Notes under the pieces: model-generated
The model's database searches: none
The model's input: the letters and a program-made list of their open reading frames with translations, nothing else
What the model was told of the DNA's origin: nothing
Position numbers and translations under genes: made by a program
Part shown: one piece after another, positions 1 to 14,718 of the stretch
Position numbering within the stretch: the stretch's first letter is position 1
Layout: each line of letters opens with the position of its first letter
Assembly: GCF_009914755.1 (NCBI RefSeq)
Contig: NC_060932.1
Origin: the human T2T-CHM13v2.0 reference genome, Homo sapiens
Direction: 5' to 3' (one strand)
Length of the DNA stretch: 64,000 bases

Positions 1-830
1 GGGGATATACTGGCCAAATGTGAAGTAATTTGGACATCAAAATAAATAATAATTGTTTTTAACCCATAAAGTAAAATCCATAAATCCACACTGAAGATGA
101 ATGTGGAATAATAAATAAATAAATAAACAAATAAGAAAAGGAGAAAGTTTTTCTTTGCAGTAGGAAGTCAGTAATAAATACGGAGGCATGATATGTTCAG
201 AAAATCACCATTTGACAACCGCTGTAGTAATAATTGTTTTAGGCAAGAATCATCGATGGGTAAAACTTTGATGGGAAACATTAATGAACAAAGTTAACAT
301 CACCATTAATGAGACAAATAGATATAATGTCCCTGCATCAACATGGCTTCTGTGGTGTTCCTGCCAAAAATGCATTGTGTGAATCTAAACATATAGAGGC
401 TTCAGACAATCCCAAACTGAGTGCTATTCTGTAAAAGACACATGGCCACTACTCTTCAAAAAAATGAGTCGTGGAAGACAAAGAAAGAAAGAGTTATTTG
501 TAATTAATGGAGAATAATGAGACAAGAAAACCAAGGGCAACATGAATACCAGATTGATCCTGGGCCAGTAAAAAATTACAAAACTTGACTAAAGTCTATG
601 TATTAGATAATAGAACTGCACTTACATAAATGTTCTGATTTTGAAAATTGTACTCTGGTTTTGTAAGAAAATACCCTTATTTTTAGGAATTGTACACTAA
701 GGTAATGGCGTATTTTCTTTGCAACTTACTCTCAAATGGTTCAAAAATGTTTACATACAGAGACAGAGAGAGAACATGATGAGACAAATATTGTAAGCAT
801 AAAATTATCTCAAAACAAAGAGTTAAGACA
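1..830 (+). mobile_element. Old LINE-1 3' end fragment (L1MC/L1MD-like)
   Basis: Contains motifs recalled from L1M 3'UTRs (gaaaatcaccatttg, gcaagaatcatc, caacttactctcaaatggttca). Ends are approximate. Confidence 0.6.
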
Positions 831-1854
831 GATTCTTTAAAAGATGTATTTTTGGCAAAGTATCATACAACATCTGGGTACAATAAGCAAAAGTTTGCAG
901 GCTATAAAATCACTGCCACAAGCAGATTACCACAGGCAGAATTACACACTGTCCCCTTCCCCATATGACAGAGTCAGCAGTAGCAAGGGCCGGCTTTCAG
1001 TGATGGTATCTCCACAATGTATTGGCAGAACAAGAAGGTCATTTGAAATTCGTCAGCTGAAGACATGCAAACACATGACATGGAGCTGGCTATTAATCTT
1101 GGTTCATTTTATAACAAAAGTGATCTCTAAAGGGCACCCACTAAGACAAACCTGCTTCAGAAAACAAAACCAATACAAATCCAGGGATCACTCAAACAGA
1201 TCCCACGCTGGATTTAAAGTATGCTTTCCCAAACTATGGAACACAGTGGGCATGGAACAAAGTGAAGTATTAGGCAAGAGACATTTCCCTCCCTATAGAA
1301 TGACAAGACACAAAAAACATGAGGTTTGCCCCAATACAGTCTTTTGGTAATCAGTTGTCACGTGAATGAATCTTACCTGAAAAGAATAGGGCATTGGTGA
1401 GTGGGAGATACCTTTATGGGAAAGCCAATAAGAGGGATATATTTTCCCTGCATCCAGTAGCAAGAAGTCTTACATAAACAGGAAATGGAGTTGTGTGCGC
1501 TTGGTTGCTGTAAATGTAGACTTCATTGAAGAAAGATGTCCCATGGCTATGTTTCCCTTGGGCTCTGGGAAAGAAAGCTTATATTAGGTTTGCTTCCTGA
1601 CTTTTTATTGTCCATAAATGGCTGCTAGTGTAAGAATCCATGTTTCTGAAAGCATCCATTTTTTAAAAGTCCTCTCTCACTTTCTTTGCCTTAACTATTT
1701 CAAAACAATGGAGTTTCAATCTTGAAAGGAAGCTGAGAGCTCTGTGGGAAAGAGTGAGGGCTAACCCACTGAAATTGCTTGGACCTGATGCTTTGCTCTG
1801 TTGCTTGGCTCTTCCTCATGCTCCCCCATCTATGTCTGAAACTGTCATGTCAGT

Positions 1855-1965
1855 GCATTCATTCCCTGGTTCATTTATTCATTAATCCATATGTTCCTCA
1901 ATCAGTCATTTACAGAGCACTTGCAATAGATCCAGCGCTGCTAGAAACGTTGAAGGGGAAAAAAA
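1855..1965 (-). mobile_element. L2 3' end fragment
   Basis: A cattcatt-type tail followed by catttacagagcact...ccagcgctgctag, resembling an antisense L2 3' end. Confidence 0.45.
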
Positions 1966-2273
1966 AAAGAAATGCAAGACATTGTATGTGAGGGGCCTAA
2001 TATCCTGTTCATTTGTTACTCAAAGTTATTTATGCAAACTAAGAGGTCAATGTTCAGATGAGTTTCTTTCCTAAACTGACTGTGCATCCATGGAAGGGAG
2101 AGATGAAAAGAGAATAGAGTGGTTTGGAAAGGCAGAAAAAAAAGACACCAAACGATCCTGACAAGTAGTTGGAACTTGGAGAGTCAGACACACGTAGGAG
2201 GAACGGTAATCAACAGTTAGAAGGTCTGGCTAAGTACAGCTTGTTCAGAGAGCAGTGGTGAGATTGTTTCTAG

Positions 2274-2914
2274 TGTTATAGGACACATTAAGAAATAATT
2301 TTAGGCAGATAGAGAGGAAAAGTGGTCCTTGGAAAGTTGTTTCTTTTAAAGCAGCTCCAGAAATGTTTCTCGTCTATCAGGAAAGCCCCAGCTCTTAGAG
2401 GTGGGCAGGCAACCTTCGACATGCAAATGCAGACCATTAGAAACTGGTCCACCCAAACATGGCGATTCCGCCCTCTTCTTCTTGCATTTGCTCCCTCATG
2501 TGCCTGGCAACATGGCCACCCCCACATCTCCCCACATGTATAGAATATCCTGGCACCCTGCATTTTCATATTAAAAGGCTAGGGTGGGAGGGCCAGTTTT
2601 TTTCGAGGGCTACATGAATGACATGCCTGGTCAAACGAATCCCCTGAGCCCTATGCAAATCAGACATCACCTCCTCCAGCCTCTTCATATAACTGGCTGG
2701 CATCGGCCGCCCTGGGGGTTCCCTCTCTCAGCTTTGGAGACTCCGCCCCGCTCTGGCTCTGTACAGGGGAGCTTCTTCCTTCTTTCTTCTCCCTTCTTTC
2801 TTGCCTATTAAACTCTCCACTCCTTAAAACCACTCCACGTGTGTCCATGTCGTTTTATACAATTCGACATGAAACAAGAGCCCTGGTGTTCCTCCACTCA
2901 CTGGAGCTGTATCA
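2274..2914 (+). mobile_element. Solo ERV1 LTR, LTR9-like
   Basis: TG...CA termini (tgttatagg...gctgtatca) and a perfect 4-bp TSD CTAG (2270-2273 / 2915-2918). Has an ATTAAA poly(A) signal near 2807 and is homologous to the LTR at 27818. Confidence 0.85.
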
Positions 2915-3870
2915 CTAGGAAAGGCCGGCGAGAGAAAAGGTGGGAAAATTGTATCTTGTAATCTCCACAATGGTAGGCTCTATGTTGGCCATATCAAGAG
3001 TTCAACGCAAAATCCTCCCCTCTCTTCTTCCTTTTCTCTCTGGCTCTCTCCTTCCCTTTCCTTCTTCCGTCCAACATATTGCTGGGTAGAATACAATGAT
3101 ATTATTCAGGACTTTATATTATTATTCCGAGTATGTTGGAATTTAGCCTACAGAATGTAAGGGTGATGTTGCCCCAGATCACTAGCATACCCTCCATTCG
3201 TTTTTACTAGTTCCTCTATGATTTTATAACTGAAAGATCACAGTATTCTTTTAAAGAGGTTCCTGGTGTCAGAAGGGGGTCGTTTGAAGCAAGATAGCAG
3301 ACCTAACTATTGGTAAGTTGATTTCATTCAGAAGGTAGGAAAAGCAAGGAGTTCCTCTCTCCTGTCTTCTCTTTCTCTTCTCCCCTAAATAGACAGAACA
3401 TTTAAACTCAAGCAGTCCTGGGCTCTTACTCAAGACACACGGGAAACTGGTAGGGAAAATGAGAGATAGGATCATGTGCATGGCTATTTAAAAGTTTATT
3501 GCCCAATTAATTTGTTATGTATTCTTGGTAAAGCTCAGAACAATCTAACTTGGTCTCACGAGAAGAGAGTATGGTATTATCAAAAGAGAAGCAGGTCAGT
3601 TTGCAAAAGGCTATTTTGCTAATAGATCAATTTTAAAGTGAATTCCATTTGCCAAATTACTGATAATTTCTCAGTTTTAATTTTGCTTCAGCCTCTATCC
3701 AGCACTTGTATCTTATACCCCCTCTTATTCCTATCATTGCCGTTTTACATGTAAATGGATAGCATTTCCGTTTTTGCTTTTTAGTCTCTATTGTCATGGG
3801 TGTGAGTCCTACTACTGCTCTGCACTCTGTACCTGCTTTAGTCCCAGACGTTATCACAAATGTTACACTT

Positions 3871-4296
3871 TTTTTGGTTGTTGTTATTGAGATAAAGTCT
3901 CCCTGTGAGGCCCAGACTGGAGTGCAATGGCGCTATCTTGGCTCACTGCAACCTCCGCTTCTAGGATTCAAGGGATATTTTATTTATTTTATTTTATTTT
4001 ATTTTATTTTATTTTGAGACAGGGTCTCACTCCGTCGCCCAGGCAAGAGTGCAGTGGTACAATCTGGGCTCACGGAAACCTCCGCCTCCCAGCTTCAAGT
4101 GGTTCTCCTGTCTCAGCCTCCCAAGTAGCTGGGATTACAGGCACCCACAACCACGCCTGGCTAATTCTTGTATTTTTAGTAGAGATGGGGTTTCACCATG
4201 TTGGCCAGTCTGGTCTCGAACTCCTGACCTCAGGTGATCTGCCCTCCTCGGCCTCCCAAAGTGCTGGGATTACAGGCGTGAGCCACCACACCTGGC
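3871..4296 (-). mobile_element. Composite Alu: full AluS plus an extra partial right-arm 3' end
   Basis: Two gaga(t/c)a...gtctc Alu 3' ends (about 3889 and 4015), each with its own T-rich tail. One 15-bp TSD acaaatgttacactt (3856-3870 / 4297-4311) flanks both. Confidence 0.9.
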
Positions 4297-4716
4297 ACAA
4301 ATGTTACACTTACACAGCGTCTAACACCATATATCTCAGCTCTTTCTATGCTAGTGTTTATAGGAAAGCCCAACTATTTTCATTTAAAAATAACGTAAGC
4401 TGGGGTAGAAAAAAATGTAGGAGCAAAACTGCTCCAAGAGTAGGAGGGGGAAGGGGCAAGAGTTATACATGAAAAAAAGAGTTTGAGAAGCACTTCAGCC
4501 ATTTAATAATTGATTAAATACAATAATGGAATAAATTGATCATTCAGTTGGATTCATTTGCAGGTTCCTGGTTTTAAAGCAAATCAGTCGGGAACCAGTG
4601 AAAAGCCTTAAAGCTCCACGGTTAAAATATCTTCTCCACTTGGGATGATGGCCTTAACCTCCCTGTGGTCAGTTATAAGGTCTTGACTTATTTTGTTCCT
4701 CTATCCTTTAAGATAG

Positions 4717-5103
<387 letters not shown>

Positions 5104-5234
5104 AGGGTTTGTTTTAAATATTAAAAGTGAAAAATCAATTCTTACAAATACATGAATGAGATTGAGATGTATTTCTTCTTTAACTTTTTTTTATTTGAAA
5201 CAGTGCTTTTAATTGTTTCAGAAAGTTTAAGAAT

Positions 5235-5546
5235 GGCTGGGAGTAGTGGCTCACGCCTGTAATCCCAGCACTGTGGGAGGCCGAGGAGGGCGAATCACCT
5301 GAGGTCAGGAGCTCGAGACCAGCCTGGCCAACATGGCGAAACCCCGTCTCTACTAAAAATACAAAAAAATTGCTGGGCATGGTGGCATGCACCTGTAATC
5401 CCAGCTATTCAGGAGGCTGAGGCAGGAGAATTGCTTGAGCCCCGGGAGGTGGGGGTTGCAGTGAACTGAGATGGCACCATTGCACTCCAGCCTGGGGGAC
5501 AGAGTGAGACTCCATCTCAAAAAAAAAATAAAAAATAAAAAATAAA
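5235..5546 (+). mobile_element. AluS (Sx/Sq-like)
   Basis: ggctggg...gtggctcacgcctgtaatccc start, A-rich tail, TSD aaagttt(a/g)aga. Confidence 0.93.
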
Positions 5547-6480
5547 GTTTGAGACAACATTTCTCATGAATTCTTTGGATTCTTTGGGACTGGGGTAAGT
5601 GGAAAGGGCTGGGGACAAAGTTCGGGGTAGTAATTATGTTCTAGGACCATCCTAACAACATGATGCCATTCTTCTCTTCCAATAATTGTATCTCCCCTTT
5701 GTTTCTGAGAATTGTGGGCCTCACCCTCCATGACGCCTCACGTCGAAGGAACAATTTGCTGTTGTTTTCAAGATTTTGCTACACTGAAATCCATAGTCCA
5801 TAAATCACATTTAAAGGAGAGAGTGGGCAGATGATTAAAATGCTTTTTCTAAATTCTCGGAACAGCCTTACCATGGAAGCATACTGACTATTAATCACCA
5901 AACTCAGCAGGACTGTAATCTTTGCCTTTTAGGAGGAGTCACAAGCATAACAGGTTTGAGTTGTATTGTGAGGCTGGTCATTGAGACTGCAGCATCAACA
6001 GGACATTTGTGCACACAGCGGGGCATCTGTCGACTTTTGCCAACAGAGGCATGTGTGAACATTTAAAAAAAAAATAAACCTGTTTACAACAGTTTTAGAT
6101 TTACAGAATTATTGTGAAGTTAGTAAAGAGAATTTCCACATACTCTAACCCCGTTTCTTTGATGATTAAGATTTTATATTAGTATGACACATTTGCCCTA
6201 ATTAATGAACCAATATTGATACATCATTATTAAGTAAAATCAATGCTTAAATCAGACTATCTCAGTTTCCCCCTTGTGTCTTTTTACCTTTCCAGGATCC
6301 CATCCAGGAAACCACATTATATTTAGTAGCTGTGTCTCCATAGGCTCCTTTTGGTCATGACAGTGTCTGTGATTTTCCTTGGTTTTGATCATCTTGACAG
6401 GTTTGAGGAGTTCTGGTCAGGTATTCTCTAGAATGTCCTTCAATTGGAATTTGTCTGGTGTCTTTTTCATGATTAGGCTA

Positions 6481-7175
6481 TGTGAACCCTGAAAATTTGA
6501 GACAGGTCTCAGTTAATTTAGAAAGTTGATTTTACCAAGGTTGAGGATGCCCGACTGTGACACAGCCTCAAGAGGTCCTGATGACATGTGCCCAAGGGGG
6601 TCAGGGCACAGCTTGATTTCATACATTTTAGGGAGACAAGAGACATCAATCAATAGATATAAGACATACACTGTTTTGGTCTGGAAAGGCGGGACAACTC
6701 GAAGCGGGGGCAGGAAGACTCTAAGCCGGGGAGAGGGCTTCCAGGTCACAGATAGGTGAGAGAAGCGGTTGCATTCTTTTAATTTTTTTTTTTTTTTTTT
6801 GAGACAAAGTCTAGCTCTGTCGCCCAGGCTGGAGTGCAATGGCGCGATCTTGCCTCACTGCAACCTCCACCCCCTAGGTTCAAGGGATTCTCCTGCCTCA
6901 GCCTCCTGGGCAACTGGGATTCCAGGCACCCACCACCACGCCCAGCTAATTTTGTTTTTAGTAGAGATGGGGTTTCACCATGTTGGCCAAGCTGGTCTCA
7001 AGCTCCCAACCTCAAGTGATCCACCCACCCTGGCCTCCCAAAGTGCTGGGATTACAGGCTTGAGACACTGCCCGGCCTGTTTTGAGGTTCTGATTAGCCT
7101 TTCCAAAGGAGGCAATCTGATATGCCTTTGCCTCAGTGAGCACAGGGATAACTTTGAATAGAATGGGAGGCAAGC
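6481..7175 (-). mobile_element. MER4A-type ERV1 LTR (truncated, Alu-interrupted)
   Basis: tgtgaaccc...gagacaggtctcagttaatttagaaag...gacacagcctca...gacatgtgcccaagg matches the recalled antisense MER4A. It resumes after the Alu at 7078. Confidence 0.8.
6783..7077 (-). mobile_element. AluS
   Basis: Poly-T followed by a full antisense Alu body, inside MER4A. Confidence 0.93.
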
Positions 7176-7366
7176 CTGGGATAATGTATTTTGGAAAGAA
7201 AGACAACAGAGGTAAGCAAGCCCACAGAATTCCCTCTCATCATGTCTCATAGAGGGTGCCTGCTGTTGCATGACTTATGACTTTGATGGTCATCTTGATC
7301 ACTGGGATCGAGGTAGTGTTTGTCAGTTTCTCTCCTGTAAAGCTGTTCTTTCAACTCCTTCCCTGC

Positions 7367-8403
7367 TGTGAAACCAAAGGAAATGACTGACAGTCTCCAT
7401 CAATTAGAGGCTTATTTTTGCCAATATTGAGGATGCGCCCAGGAAAAAGAGACACAGGCTGCAGTAGAATCTGCGGCCCATACTTTTTCCAAAGATGATT
7501 TTGAGGGCTTCAGTATTTAAAAGAGGAAAAAGTAGGTAGAAGGGGAAAGGAGGAACCAAAACAGAACAGTGTAGACAAAAGCAGCAAGTGGTTGCATTCT
7601 CTTGGGATTTTCATCAGCATTCACTGAATTTACCTTGTACATGTGAAAGGAGTGGGCAGAGGCTGGGTGTGGTGGCTCACGCCTTTAATCCCAGCACTTT
7701 GGGAGGGCGAGGTGGGCAGATCACAAGGTCAGGAGTTCAAGACCAGCCAGACCAACACGGTGAAACCCCGGCTCTACTAAAAATACAAAAATTAGCGGGG
7801 CGTGGTGGTGGGCGCCTGTAATCTCAGCTACTTAGGAGGATGAGGCAGGAGAATCGCTTAGACCCAGGAGGTGGAGCTTGCAATGAGCCGAGATCTTGCC
7901 ACTGCACTGCAGCCTGGGCAACAGAGCGAGAGTCCACCAAAACAAACAAACAAAACAAAACAAAACAAAAAGAACAAACAAAAAACAAAAAGAAAGGAGC
8001 AGGCAGAGGCATTGGTCTGCTCAGTGAATCTGCGTTTTTGCATGAAAGAAAGTAAACATAGAGTAGAGGAAGCAGCCAAATATGCTTCAGTCTCCGGTGA
8101 GCAGATGGATGACTTCTGTTCCTGTCTCTGTCCTGTCTTTTACCTGTGAAAAGAAGCTGTTAATTTACATTGTCGGGATGAAATTCAACAGAACTCCGTT
8201 TTAGGGTAAAGATCTTGGGGCCCAGAAAGAATGTCCTTGTGAGGACATTGTGAGGGAAGCCCCCTGGGAAGGTATGTGGCTTCTGTCTTTGCAGTTACCT
8301 ATTTAGGAAGAAAATGGGAGGCAGTTTTGCCTGACTCAACAGACTTAACTTTTCCCTTGGCACAGTGAGTCTGGGGCCTCGAGATTGTATTTTCCTTTCT
8401 ATA
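7367..8403 (-). mobile_element. MER4-group ERV1 LTR (subfamily uncertain), Alu-interrupted
   Basis: tgtgaaacc start and a ttatttttgccaatattgaggatgcgccc block homologous to MER4A at 6530-6552. The end gagattgtattttcctttc resembles MER4-group termini. Confidence 0.7.
7661..7991 (+). mobile_element. AluS (Sg-like) with (CAAAA)n tail
   Basis: Full Alu with TSD gaaaggag(tg/ca)ggcaga (7645-7660 / 7992-8007). Confidence 0.93.
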
Positions 8404-8670
8404 CCTTACTCACTCCTTGGAAAGAGGTCACTATGTGCAGCTCACATTCACAGAGTGGAGAGTTACAGTTCACCTTCTTAAGAGCGGAGTACCTACATAT
8501 GTTATTTTGAATTCTTCCACATGGGAAATGTATCTATTCTCCCCATTTATCTATTTATTCAACCATTTATTTATGTAAGTGTGGATTCAAGGATATTTAG
8601 TTTATATTTTGGGCTATAATCCAATACTACTTTATTTATTTATTTTTTGCTCACATTGGTCTAGCCTTGA

Positions 8671-9031
<361 letters not shown>

Positions 9032-10133
9032 CAATGCAGGTTTTTTATTGTTGGAGAACTTCCTTGCTTTCTGGCACTACAAGATGATCCAAGCCCATCT
9101 TGTATATTTCCTTCCCCAATCCAAGGATCTGCCATTTCTTCAAGGAACCCTGGCTCCTTTGATTGAAGAATGATAATAGAAACCAAGATCAGTGTGCTTG
9201 TTGCTACTGTGATGTTCATGTAAACCTTTAGAATCTGAGTTTCCTCTGGAATTTCTATGCTGATTCATTAAAAATGCCAACGTGTTTATTATTCACTGTC
9301 CACACGCCTACCAATTCTGGGATTATGAGATAGTCTGAGTACTTTGTCAACATCAATTCTTAGAATTCTTAAAATAGCATGAAGAAAATCTAATCTCTGG
9401 AAGTGGATGAGGATAAAATGTAATTTGAGGTGGCAGTAGGAGAAATGTGAAAATTACTGTTTTATGTTAATATTGTGTCAACAAGCAGGCTTCTTCAATT
9501 ATAAGGTAAAAACAATCTTCCTCTTCAGAGAAAGGGAAATAAAACTGCTTTGTATAGGAAGATTTATTTTCTGAACTGTCTCTGGATTGTTTCTGCATAC
9601 TCAGTCCAATTTGATGTAAATTTAGAGAGCAAATAGATTTACCTTTTGTAGACCACCACCACCTTCCCCCACCTAGTTTCTCTGCATTTATTTTTTATAC
9701 AGTAAATATGATTTGAGCACCTAGTATGAGGACAAGTCAAAGAAGTCCATGATTCTGGCTCTTATTGCTGCATCAGAAGTTGTCCTAAAGCTTCGTAGTA
9801 CAAAACGACAGCCATTTTATTTTGCTCACTGTTTTGTGGATTGGAAATTCAGGGAAGGTTCAGCTGAGGCAGGTGAGGAGAGAGCTGAGAGAACCTGTAG
9901 GCTAGAACCATCTGTGTGTCTCTGCTGGAGAAATAATGGGCGATGCAAAACAGGACAGTTTGCATTCCTCCTTCCTCCTTCCTGCCTCCTGGTGCCTCCC
10001 CTTGCCAGGAACGAATCAGAAGCAAAATGGCAAGGGAGTCTCCAGCGCCAGCATCACATAGCAGGCAACAGAGGGTGGACTTGAAGATGAGAGAAAGTAG
10101 AACATCACTAGCACAATCAAACTTTATGAATAG

Positions 10134-10542
<409 letters not shown>

Positions 10543-11939
10543 ACAAAACTCATATCCATTTTAAATGGAAAATTTGGACTCTTCTTCACTGAATATTCTA
10601 AATTTAATTTTTCTTGGTGTCTTATCAAGAATCAGCTGGTGTTTTTTTTTTTTTTTCTGTTTATAATACATTATTTCCTCAAGGCCTATTTTGTTGTGTA
10701 AGATTCCTCACCCTTCCCTCAAAATCAAATGTTCTGTGTTCTTTGAGATATTTCTCATTTGTTTAGTTTTTCTTTCTTTTGCCAAAGAGTTGCAAATGCT
10801 TTGTATCAGTGCAGAAAGTAAGGCCTGCCTGTTTCTATATTCTAATTCCTATATTTTAAACTGATGTTGGCTCAGCTATCAACTATGAAAACCTATTGAA
10901 AATAGTATAAAATAACTGTAAATGGGCTTGAATAAATACCTAAAGAGTTTGTCTGTAGGTCAGGTGGATCAGTCTCACTGCAGGCACCAACTTCATAGTC
11001 ACTTAGAGACTTGGCTTTTAAATTTCGGATATTTAAGCCTGCTGGACAACTGATACATGATTTAAGTCAATGTTTGTATACAAAATATTTTCAGTACTTC
11101 TCTCTTTTTTTTTCTTTCTGTATTTAGGGAAAAACAAGTTAAAATTTAACTCTGAAGACAATTGTTTTCCTAACATTTGGCCATGTTATAACTGTTAGAT
11201 GCTAGTGTTTAGAAGATCTGTGAAGAAACTAATATTTTTACTCAACTAGTCTCCAGGTATCTAAGCAGCAACTGATTTCAGAGATGACATGAGAAAGTTG
11301 TCATGCAAAAATATCTTGAAGAGTAAGCCTTGATGGCCAATTGTACCTTCCACAATTATGGACTGATTGATTTTTATATTTCTTGTATTCTTGGGCTGCA
11401 CAGTAACCTAAAAACATATTTCTGCATAATCTGTGGATCACTCTTAAAAGCTCTTAATATGATTCTCAAAATGTAGCTAATAAATTTTATCAAAGAAAAT
11501 ATCTTGATTTAGCAGAGTCTATTTAAACACAAAGAAAAATTATTTCTCTTTGATGAATGGCAGGTTTGATTTTCACTGGATCCTTCTCAGTCAAATCTTT
11601 ATCCTCCCTCTTAAGGAAGATTATGCCATTTTAGATTGTTTTATTCAGTGCGGATATGCCTTTGTCAGCACAGAAATATGTCTGGATAACATATTTTATA
11701 CCCCAATATCTGCACTTTCTTTTGGAGTTATTTTTAGGGTGCAGATTTCCCTTTCTATGGATTTCATTCTTCTGAATCTCTAATTGAAGAATACTGTATT
11801 TAAATTCAGAGTCCTGTGAATGGACTAGAAGGAATCTCTGATCTCTGAGGTCATTCAGTGAAACATAAGTTGTTCTTGCAATAGGAGGTATATGCAGTTG
11901 TATATTATAGATTGCACATTCACAGAATAAGTTCTTATT

Positions 11940-11942
<3 letters not shown>

Positions 11943-11990
<48 letters not shown>
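11943..11990. repeat. (AT)n microsatellite, about 24 units
   Basis: Read directly. Confidence 0.97.
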
Positions 11991-11993
<3 letters not shown>

Positions 11994-12279
11994 CTTATTT
12001 TTTTTTTCTTGGAGACAGGATCTCGCTCTGTTACCCAGGCTGGAATACAGTGGCACAATCATAGCTCACTGCAGCCTTGAACTCCTGGGCTTGAGTGATC
12101 CTCCCACCTCAGCCTCCTGAATAGCTGGGATTATAGGTGCATGCCATTGCACTCAGATAATTTTAAATATTTTTGTAGAGATGGGATCTCACTATGTTGT
12201 GCAGGCTGGTCTTGAACTCCTGGCCTTAAATGATCCTCCCTCCTAAGCCACCCAAAGTGCTTGGGATTAAAGAGGTGAG
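11991..12279 (-). mobile_element. AluJ
   Basis: J diagnostics: atcatagctcactgcagccttgaactcctgggct and tctcactatgttg. Confidence 0.9.
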
Positions 12280-12719
12280 ATATTAATGAGATAGCTGAAA
12301 AAAAACAGGTTTGGACTGTTGAAATCATGAGAGGAAATAGGAGCCATATTTTTTAAAAAGTGTGCAACAATGAGGAAAAGATAGAGAATAGTACTCTGGG
12401 GACAAAGGAAAAAAAATGAGGAAGTGTTCAGAGGGTTAGAAAGAGAATCATAAGAAAGTGATACCACAAAGTGAGGGGAACATTTTCAAGTAAAAGTGAG
12501 TGTTCAATTGAAAGATCAAAGAAGAAGAGAACTGAACATTAGTAACTGATAGCTCTTTCATCTGACTCTAGACAAATAAAATGTGACAACTCCATTTAAA
12601 CTCGGATGTGTCTAATTCTACAACCTGCGATCTTTCTATCATACCATACTACTTGCTATTAAAACAAACATACAAACAAACTCGAGGTGCTGAAAAGACC
12701 AGTCAAATACCTACTAATA

Positions 12720-13500
12720 AATACATGCACTAATTAAATGAATACTGATTTCATGACTGCTTTGATCCAGCACTATTCTAGACACTAAATGTAGAGTGCA
12801 AATAAAGAGGATGTGATGTCGGCACCTTATAGAGCTTCCAGTCTTGGGAAGTGGATAGATATCAATTAGTCATATTTAATAAGTATTATGAAGAAAAAAT
12901 AATATGAGGATATAATAAAAATAATAAAAGGATCTATCAGGACCCAACCTGGTGTGAACTTCAATTATGGCATCATATTTGAGCTGAGGTCTTGCAAATG
13001 GTAGAAGTCAGTGAGGTGGGATGGGCAGGGGTGAGGATTTGCATGATAAAAAGAGAATGACGATGAAGTGCTGAGAAACTGGGCTAGAGAGTTCAGCATG
13101 GCCAGATTATGCAAAGCTTGGTAAGCCAGGTTTGAAGGTATCTATTTAAGTGTAAGGAGAAGCCTTTATAGAGTTATTATATTTAATTTCCACACTGCAT
13201 TCTGACTCACATCATCCTATTTTGAAAAGAATTGTTATGACATTTCCTGGTAGTAAAATGCAGCTACAGATGACTTTTTTCTTCCTCTTTGTGAAGCCAA
13301 TTTATCACTCCGTTGATTTACCTTTATAACATCAGCACCATAATAGCTATGATTTAGGACAAATCCTAGAGTTAGGAGAACACTACTGGTAACATCTACC
13401 CTGTGGATGCAACCACACCAATGTAGTATTAGAGTAGAGATGAAAGTGAGAGTAGAGAGGAAAGTGGGAATTGAAGAGACAGTGAGCTTCCTTTGTCTAA
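12720..13500 (-). mobile_element. L2 fragment(s)
   Basis: ccagcactattctagacact...agagcttccagtct and purine-rich text typical of antisense L2. Boundaries are approximate. Confidence 0.5.
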
Positions 13501-13565
13501 AATATAGTAAATTCAGCTGTGAATATACATTTTTCTTTGGAGAATGTAATGCCAAACTTGGCCTA

Positions 13566-13888
<323 letters not shown>

Positions 13889-14341
13889 GAATTAGGGTGA
13901 CAATCACAAACCTAAAATATCTCTTGTAGTCTGGGGACTCACCAAATCAGTTTACCATGTGAGTGTTTGCCTGAGACACAAAATGATGTGGCTCAGTTGA
14001 GCAATTGCCCTAAACCCCACTCAGTGGGGACGGGAGTTGGGAGATCCTCTAGATTAGCACTGTTGGAATTGTGATTATAGTCATGACTTAGCTCTATTCT
14101 TTTTATTATTTCCTGGTCCCACCTAGATTCAGTCACTCCCCAGTTCTTATCTGAGAAACTCCCATATTTGTTCTTTTTATTTTTTTCTATTCAGGGCAAG
14201 TTGCTATGCAAAACACAGTATGTCTCACGACTGCATCATCTACACTAAATTCTTCAAGTCCCTCTCATCAGCTTGGGCCTGTTTTCCATGCTATAATCCT
14301 ACATTTCCAGTTGCTTACAGGATATGCATGTGAATACCATC

Positions 14342-14718
14342 TGTTATGGGTGGAATTATGTCTCTCCAAGATTCATATGTTGAAGTACTATACACCTGTA
14401 CCTCAGAATCTATTTGGAGATTCAGTCTTTTAAGTTGTCATTAAGGTAAAATGAGGTCGTATGGGTGAGACCTAATCCAGTATGATACATATCTTTATAA
14501 AGAGAGATTAGGACATAGACACACATAAAGAGAAGGTTAAGTGAGGACAAAGGGAGAAGATGGCCACCTGCAAGCTGAGGAGAGAGACGGCAGAAGAAAT
14601 CAACCCTGGCACCACGTTGGTGTTGAACTACACTCCACAATTGTGAGAACATGAGTTGATGTTGTTCAAACCATCCAAACTATGGTAGTTTGTTGTGGCA
14701 GCCCAGCAAACGAACACA
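14342..14718 (+). mobile_element. MLT1B-like MaLR solo LTR
   Basis: tgttatggg...ttcatatgttgaagt...gaagatggcca...gtttgttgtggcagccc...aacaca. TG..CA ends with a 5-bp TSD ccatc/gcatc. Confidence 0.85.

Noticed and set aside
844-1350. 168-aa ORF in non-Alu sequence
   Set aside because: No recognisable domain, composition like translated noncoding DNA, and no promoter or splice context. A homology or ribosome-profiling check would be needed.
3927-4472. 181-aa ORF and the many similar [20 protein letters not shown] ORFs across the window
   Set aside because: These are translations of antisense Alu sequence, not genes.
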